From Clostridia bacterium (lineage in GTDB: Bacteria; Bacillota; Clostridia; UMGS1883; UMGS1540), in the NCBI GenBank assembly GCA_045533905.1, contig JAZSIR010000003.1, positions 64,001 to 128,000 on the forward strand: a stretch of DNA of 64,000 nucleotides, in the 5' to 3' direction. The notes beneath the pieces were generated by a model. The model did no database searches and was not told the DNA's origin. It was given only the letters and a program-made list of their open reading frames with translations. Of this stretch, positions 58,425-64,000 are shown in pieces (position 1 is the stretch's first letter; every line of letters starts with the position of its first letter). The position numbers and the translations under genes are program-made.

Positions 58425-60304
58425 TGAAAACATTTGCAGAACTCGATGCTAAGATTTGCAGCTGCGAAGAAGCGCTGACAAAGAAGATTGACGGCTCCTC
58501 CGGCAAGCGTGCCATTCTTCTCTGTGGCGGTACGGGCTGTCTGTCCTCGAATTCGATGGACATTAAGGCTAAATTTGAAGAACTCATTAAGAAGAACAAC
58601 CTCGAAGATAAAGTCACGGTAAACATTGTTGGTTGCTTCGGTTTTTGCTCGCAGGGTCCCTTCGTTAAGATTTTCCCGGAAGATACACTCTATCGCCTTG
58701 TAAAGGTTGAAGATGTAGAGGAAATCTTTGAAAAGGACATTATGGGCGGCGAAATTATCGAAAGACTCCTGTATGTGGAACCGAACACAGGCGAAAAGGT
58801 TGTAAAGCAGGAAGACATTAACTTCTATAAGAAGCAAAAGCGCGTTGCGCTCCACGGCTGTGGCGTTATCAATCCCGAAGATATCAACGAAGCTATCGGT
58901 GAAGGTGCATTCAAGGGTTTAAAGCGTGCACTTTCCATGGACCCGAAGGAAGTTATCGACGAAGTGCTCGCAGCAGGGCTTCGCGGCCGCGGCGGTGCAG
59001 GCTTCCCCACAGGTCGCAAATGGTCCTTCGCATATGCAAACGAAGCCGACCAGAAATATGTTGTATGTAACGGCGACGAAGGTGACCCGGGTGCATTTAT
59101 GGACCGTTCCATTTTGGAAGGTAACCCCTTCGCTGTTTTGGAAGGTATGATGATTGCCGGGTATGCAATCGGCGCCACAGAAGGCTACTTCTATGTACGT
59201 GCTGAATACCCGATCGCGGTAAACCGTCTCCGTCTCGCCATTTCCCAGATGGAAGAAATAGGCCTTCTCGGTGATGATATTTTAGGCACAGGCTTCAGCT
59301 TCCGCGCATACATCCGCCTCGGTGCAGGTGCTTTCGTATGCGGCGAAGAAACAGCCCTTCTCAATTCTATTGAAGGTAAGCGCGGTATGCCGCGTCCCCG
59401 TCCGCCGTTCCCGGCTGTCAAGGGTCTGTGGCAGAAGCCGACCATTGTAAATAACGTAGAAACCCTCGCCTGCGTACCGTATATTCTCCGTGAAGGCGCA
59501 GCTGCTTTCGCAGAATGCGGTACGGAAAAATCGAAAGGTACAAAGGTATTTGCACTTGGCGGTAAGGTCAACAACGTAGGTCTTGTGGAAATCCCGATGG
59601 GTACAACGCTTCGCGAACTCATTTATGATATCGGCGGCGGCATCCCGAACGGCAAGGAATTCAAGGCCATTCAGACGGGCGGCCCCTCCGGCGGCTGTCT
59701 CACAGCTTCGAGCCTTGACGAACCGATTGACTTTGATAACCTCGTAGCCAAGGGCTCTATGATGGGAAGTGGCGGTGCTATCGTTATGGACGAAGACAAC
59801 TGTATGGTTGACGTTGCCAAGTTCTATATGGAATTTATCTGCGACGAATCGTGCGGCAAGTGCTCGCCCTGCCGTATCGGCACCAAGAGAATGCTTGAAA
59901 TCCTTACCCGCATCACAGAGGGCAAGGGCACAATGCAGGATCTTGAGGAACTCGAGGAACTCGGCACAGCCGTAAAGGCCAACTCCCTCTGCGCACTCGG
60001 CCAGACGGCAGCGAACCCCATCATCTCCACGCTCACACACTTTAAGGATGAATATCTTGCACACATCGTGGATAAGAAGTGTCCTGCAAAGGTTTGCAAG
60101 AAGCTGATTCAGTACACCATTATCCAGGATCAGTGTATCGGCTGCGGTATGTGCTCCAGAGCTTGTCCGGCAGACTGCATCAAGCAGACCGATTACAAGG
60201 CACCCGGCAAGAAGCTGAATTCGTATCAGATCGATTCCGCCGCTTGCGTCAAGTGTGGTGCATGTATCTCCACATGTAAGTTTAAGGCAATCGTACAGAA
60301 GTAA
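58424..60304 (+). CDS. hydB: Bifurcating [FeFe]-hydrogenase NuoF-like subunit
   Basis: LRGRGGAGFPTG, DEGDPGAFMDR, GAFVCGEETAL, ESCGKCSPCR, two C-terminal 4Fe-4S motifs; ATG overlaps the hydC stop. Confidence 0.92.
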   Translation: MKTFAELDAKICSCEEALTKKIDGSSGKRAILLCGGTGCLSSNSMDIKAKFEELIKKNNLEDKVTVNIVGCFGFCSQGPFVKIFPEDTLYRLVKVEDVEEIFEKDIMGGEIIERLLYVEPNTGEKVVKQEDINFYKKQKRVALHGCGVINPEDINEAIGEGAFKGLKRALSMDPKEVIDEVLAAGLRGRGGAGFPTGRKWSFAYANEADQKYVVCNGDEGDPGAFMDRSILEGNPFAVLEGMMIAGYAIGATEGYFYVRAEYPIAVNRLRLAISQMEEIGLLGDDILGTGFSFRAYIRLGAGAFVCGEETALLNSIEGKRGMPRPRPPFPAVKGLWQKPTIVNNVETLACVPYILREGAAAFAECGTEKSKGTKVFALGGKVNNVGLVEIPMGTTLRELIYDIGGGIPNGKEFKAIQTGGPSGGCLTASSLDEPIDFDNLVAKGSMMGSGGAIVMDEDNCMVDVAKFYMEFICDESCGKCSPCRIGTKRMLEILTRITEGKGTMQDLEELEELGTAVKANSLCALGQTAANPIISTLTHFKDEYLAHIVDKKCPAKVCKKLIQYTIIQDQCIGCGMCSRACPADCIKQTDYKAPGKKLNSYQIDSAACVKCGACISTCKFKAIVQK

Positions 60305-60323
60305 GGAATAGGAGGAGAAAGAA

Positions 60324-62090
60324 ATGGCTAAAGTAAATATTAAAATCGAAGGCATCTCCTACCAGGTTGAAGAAGGCTTAACCATTCTGGAAGCCGCGAA
60401 AAAGTGCGGCTATGAGATTCCTTCTCTGTGTGCATTTAATCACGGCGAATGCTCCAATGGCTCCTGCCGTGTATGTCTGGTAGAAGTTGCAGGCGCAAGA
60501 GGCCTTGTAGCCGCTTGTGTATACCCCGTAAACGAAGGTATGGAAATCCGCATTTCCACACCGAAGGCTGCGCAGGCACGCCGTGTATCGGTTGAGCTTT
60601 TGCTTTCCAACCACAACCAGAACTGCCAGCAGTGCGATAAGAACGGCCAGTGCGAACTTTTAAATGTTGCGTACATCACCGGCGCACGTGAAGGCAGATA
60701 CCAGGGGGTAAAAACACCCGTTACGGTAGATGAACTCACGCCCTCCATCGTACGCGACACTTCGAAGTGCATCCTTTGCGGCCGCTGTGTTGCAAGATGT
60801 GAAAATGCACACGGCCTTGGTATCTTAGGGTTTGAAAACCGCGGCTTCCGCACAATCGTAGGTCCGGCAGAAAACCGCTCTATGAAGGACTCGCCCTGTA
60901 TCCTTTGCGGTCAGTGCGTTTCCGTATGTCCCACAGGTGCACTCATGGAAAAATCGGAAATCGACAAGGTGGACGCTGCTTTCGCCGCCGGCAAGCACGT
61001 AGTTGTGCAGACGGCTCCGGCAGTTCGCGCAGCACTTGGTGAAGAATTCGGTATGCCCGTAGGCACAGCTGTTACCGGCAAGATGGTAGCCGCACTTCGT
61101 CGCCTCGGCTTCCATAAAGTATATGATACAAACTTCGCAGCCGACCTTACCATTATGGAAGAAGGTACAGAACTTCTTTCCAGAATGAAAAACGGCGGCA
61201 AACTCCCGATGATTACTTCCTGCTCGCCCGGCTGGGTAAACTACGCAGAGTATAACTATGGTGACCTTCTCGATCATCTTTCTACCTGCAAGTCGCCCCA
61301 CCAGATGCAGGGTGCTATCATTAAGAGCTACTATGCAGAAAAGAACGGTCTCGACCCGAAGGATATCTTCGTTGTTTCCATCATGCCGTGTACTGCAAAG
61401 AAGGACGAAAAGGAACGCGAGCAGATGCAGAAGGATGGTATCCGCGACGTCGATGCAGTTCTCACAACCCGCGAACTCGCCCGCATGATTAAGCGTGCAG
61501 GTATGCTCTTTACAAAGCTTCCGGACGAAGAATTCGACCAGGATCTCATGGGCGATTACACAGGTGCCGGCGTTATCTTTGGCGTAACCGGTGGTGTTAT
61601 GGAAGCAGCTCTTCGCACCGTTTACTTTGTACTGACCGGTAAGGAACACGAAGGCATTAAATTCGAAGCTGTTCGCGGCTTTGACGGCATTCGTGAAGCT
61701 TCTATTGATATCAATGGCCAGACCGTAAACGTAGCCATTGCCCACGGTATGAAGAACGCGAAGGTGCTTCTCGACGAAATCCGTGAAGGCAAGTCGAAGT
61801 ATCACTTCATCGAGATTATGGGTTGCCCCGGCGGCTGTATCGCCGGCGGCGGCCAGCCGATCGTTCGTTCCTGCTTCCTGCCGAACGAAGATGATGATAT
61901 TCTCGACACCTACAAGGAAAAGAGAGCTGCAGCTCTTTACAGCGAGGATGAAAGACAGACGCTTCGTCAGTCGCACAACAACCCGCAGATCAAAGCGCTG
62001 TACGATGAGTTCCTCGGTAAGCCCAATTCCCATCGCGCCCACGAACTTCTGCACACCACGTACACGAAGAGAGTCGGCTTCAACGACTAA
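60324..62090 (+). CDS. hydA: [FeFe]-hydrogenase catalytic subunit (group A3)
   Basis: H-cluster motifs TSCSPGW, MPCTAKKDE, EIMGCPGGCIAGGG; N-terminal 2Fe-2S and 4Fe-4S domains. Confidence 0.95.
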   Translation: MAKVNIKIEGISYQVEEGLTILEAAKKCGYEIPSLCAFNHGECSNGSCRVCLVEVAGARGLVAACVYPVNEGMEIRISTPKAAQARRVSVELLLSNHNQNCQQCDKNGQCELLNVAYITGAREGRYQGVKTPVTVDELTPSIVRDTSKCILCGRCVARCENAHGLGILGFENRGFRTIVGPAENRSMKDSPCILCGQCVSVCPTGALMEKSEIDKVDAAFAAGKHVVVQTAPAVRAALGEEFGMPVGTAVTGKMVAALRRLGFHKVYDTNFAADLTIMEEGTELLSRMKNGGKLPMITSCSPGWVNYAEYNYGDLLDHLSTCKSPHQMQGAIIKSYYAEKNGLDPKDIFVVSIMPCTAKKDEKEREQMQKDGIRDVDAVLTTRELARMIKRAGMLFTKLPDEEFDQDLMGDYTGAGVIFGVTGGVMEAALRTVYFVLTGKEHEGIKFEAVRGFDGIREASIDINGQTVNVAIAHGMKNAKVLLDEIREGKSKYHFIEIMGCPGGCIAGGGQPIVRSCFLPNEDDDILDTYKEKRAAALYSEDERQTLRQSHNNPQIKALYDEFLGKPNSHRAHELLHTTYTKRVGFND

Positions 62091-62100
62091 TCAAACCTAC

Positions 62101-62135
62101 AAAAAGGCAATACCCGTTTGGGTATTGCCTTTTTT
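62101..62135 (+). terminator. Terminator of the hyd operon
   Basis: AAAAAGGCAATACCC-GTTT-GGGTATTGCCTTTTT. Confidence 0.85.
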
Positions 62136-62221
62136 AATAAAATGTGCTATACTAACTATATATATACTTTTTTTGGCAAGCAATCTGAAAACCGTGCAAA
62201 TTGCGCGGAGGAGGTGGCGGT

Positions 62222-64000
62222 ATGCGTCCGGATAAAAAAGCGGCCTTTTGCGAGGCGCTTATTCCTATGCGGGGCAAAGCGGTACATATTATAAAAGAAA
62301 ATGGAGACGAACTGGAAGGAATTGTGATGAGCGCAGAGCCAGAGGGCCTTGGGCTTATTTCCCTTTCGGGACCGGAGACGATTCCGTATGAAGAAATCGC
62401 AGCCTGCGATTCTTTCGGCGTTGTTCTTTTAGAGGCAGAGAAACCCGAGGTACGGGAGGGTGAAGCGCTTTTAGCCGAAGTGGAAAACGGTACGAAGGCG
62501 AGCTTTCTCGAAAAACTTACAAAGCCTTCTTTTTATAAAGAAGCCGGTCTTTCTCGGGAAGAAGCTGAGGAGATACGTGCGCGTACCCAAAAGCATACGT
62601 ATCCTTGGAAATCGGAGCCACTTGCCGTAGCCATCCGCTACAGTACGCTTTTGAAAGAAAAAGCACGTCCCGAGCTTACGGTCGGGTTATATATCCGCGC
62701 GCTTGAGAGCGATGAGCCGCGTAAGGACAAGGCGGTTTTAGAGCTTCTTCGTGCCTATATGCGTATGCAGGCGTATGAAAAGGTAATAGAAGCCTACGAA
62801 AAGTACGAGTCGCTTCTCGGGGAGGCGCCGTATGCCCATATGCAGTCGTATGCAGCTGCTATCGGTTATGTGCAGGGCGAGGTAGCGCTCTCTGCATTTT
62901 TGGAGGCGCACCCGGCGCTTTTGGATTATTCCACAAACCGTTTGTTTTTTGATAAGCTTATAAGAACACTTCGTGAAAAGAAGGAGATAGAGGTTGTTGC
63001 CTCGCTGCTTAAGAGTACGCCGAAGGTACAGCCGAATGCATTTGAGGCGGCGGTTTTATCCGGCAACATTCACAGAGCTCGCCAGCTTGCCGCAAATGTG
63101 GCAGAAATGCAGAAGATGGGGTATGCACGCCCGCACGAAATCGAAGCAATGCTTTTGGAGGAATCCGTTGCGGATATGGGCAAGAAACTGCCGTGGCAGC
63201 GCGCGTGCATCCTTGTGTATCTGGAAGGTAATCGCGGCCGCGTGGCGGAGCGCGCCCTTTTGGAGGCAGGGGAAGAAAGCGGCGCGAGAGCGGCACTTCT
63301 CCTTTTGTATGCCAAAGAAAAAGCACATGATAAGGTTCTCTGTTTGTATCAAAATATGGAAGATGCTGCCTTTGACCAAAAGTGTGCCGCATTTATCGCC
63401 TATAATACGCTCGGGGAGATTTGGAAGGCGGAAGAAATTTTAGAAGCCGCGCCGGAAATGTTTGCCGACCCCGATGTCCGCCTCGCGATTTTGGCTGCAG
63501 GCGACGCATACGGCGAGGAGGCAGAAGCCATCGCGCGGGAAGTCGAGGAAAAAGCTTCCCCGAAGGAAGGGCAAAATCCGCTTGAAAAAGCACTTATTAA
63601 AGGCAATGTAGCCGAAATTACGGCAATTTCCGAGGATGCGGCGGCGCTTTCATCCTACGGGTATACCGAAGCGGAAATTCGGCATATCGGGAAAGCGGCA
63701 ACGAAGCCGTATCCGGATCTTAAAAATGACTTTTCTGCCGCTCGCCGCCTGCACGCTTTTCTGGGTGGCCGCGGTCTTTTGGCCCTTTCTTATCTCTGTC
63801 GGTATGCAACAGAGCAGAATACGGGCGAAATTCTCTCTTTAATGCATCTCAGCGGTCTTTCTGTATGGGGCATCCGCTTTTTTGAGGCGCGGCGCGAGGT
63901 TGCCGAAGGGCAGAGCGCGGCCTGTGCGGCCTATGCCTCGATGCTTTTGGCTACCCGTCCTCTGGAAGAAGCAATAAGGGAAATAGAGCCGTTTATTCAC
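62222..64000 (+). CDS. Large hypothetical protein (at least 593 aa, runs off the window): Sm/LSm-like N-terminus plus helical repeats
   Basis: GGAGGAGG RBS and ATG at 62222; manual translation has no stop to 64000; absent from the ORF track because it is unterminated. Confidence 0.8.
   Translation, partial: MRPDKKAAFCEALIPMRGKAVHIIKENGDELEGIVMSAEPEGLGLISLSGPETIPYEEIAACDSFGVVLLEAEKPEVREGEALLAEVENGTKASFLEKLTKPSFYKEAGLSREEAEEIRARTQKHTYPWKSEPLAVAIRYSTLLKEKARPELTVGLYIRALESDEPRKDKAVLELLRAYMRMQAYEKVIEAYEKYESLLGEAPYAHMQSYAAAIGYVQGEVALSAFLEAHPALLDYSTNRLFFDKLIRTLREKKEIEVVASLLKSTPKVQPNAFEAAVLSGNIHRARQLAANVAEMQKMGYARPHEIEAMLLEESVADMGKKLPWQRACILVYLEGNRGRVAERALLEAGEESGARAALLLLYAKEKAHDKVLCLYQNMEDAAFDQKCAAFIAYNTLGEIWKAEEILEAAPEMFADPDVRLAILAAGDAYGEEAEAIAREVEEKASPKEGQNPLEKALIKGNVAEITAISEDAAALSSYGYTEAEIRHIGKAATKPYPDLKNDFSAARRLHAFLGGRGLLALSYLCRYATEQNTGEILSLMHLSGLSVWGIRFFEARREVAEGQSAACAAYASMLLATRPLEEAIREIEPFIH

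Noticed and set aside
57936-62090. Novel hydrogenase
   Set aside because: Standard trimeric group A3 architecture with canonical H-cluster motifs

Overview
Chromosomal window from an anaerobic Clostridia-type (Bacillota) bacterium, probably gut or rumen. It uses the standard code and has sigmaA promoters, a T-box and a PyrR-type leader. Core content: a YtrA-regulated ABC operon start, two tRNA-Ser genes, a pyr operon (pyrC-carB-pyrK-pyrD-pyrF-pyrE-pyrB::pyrI Zn domain, no carA), cpsCDB-capD, metF with a split metH, an Asn T-box with ND-aspS-gatCAB, perR-reverse rubrerythrin, ddh, EF-G paralog, tepA, rpsT, cysK, mrp and a trimeric bifurcating [FeFe]-hydrogenase. AraC-controlled glycoside hydrolase modules are interspersed. 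Most notable: (1) an AT-rich three-gene insert (43.6-47.0 kb) whose genes are separated by a conserved 25-bp site, resembling a cassette array with no recombinase in the window; (2) tandem structured repeats with compensatory base changes, built from tRNA-Ser 3' ends; (3) a GatA that has lost all three catalytic residues, which with carA-less carB and ddh suggests direct use of ammonia; (4) a four-copy MITE-like repeat family sitting at gene 3' ends; (5) a large repeat protein missed by the ORF track. All family calls come from motif recognition by eye; no database searches were run.
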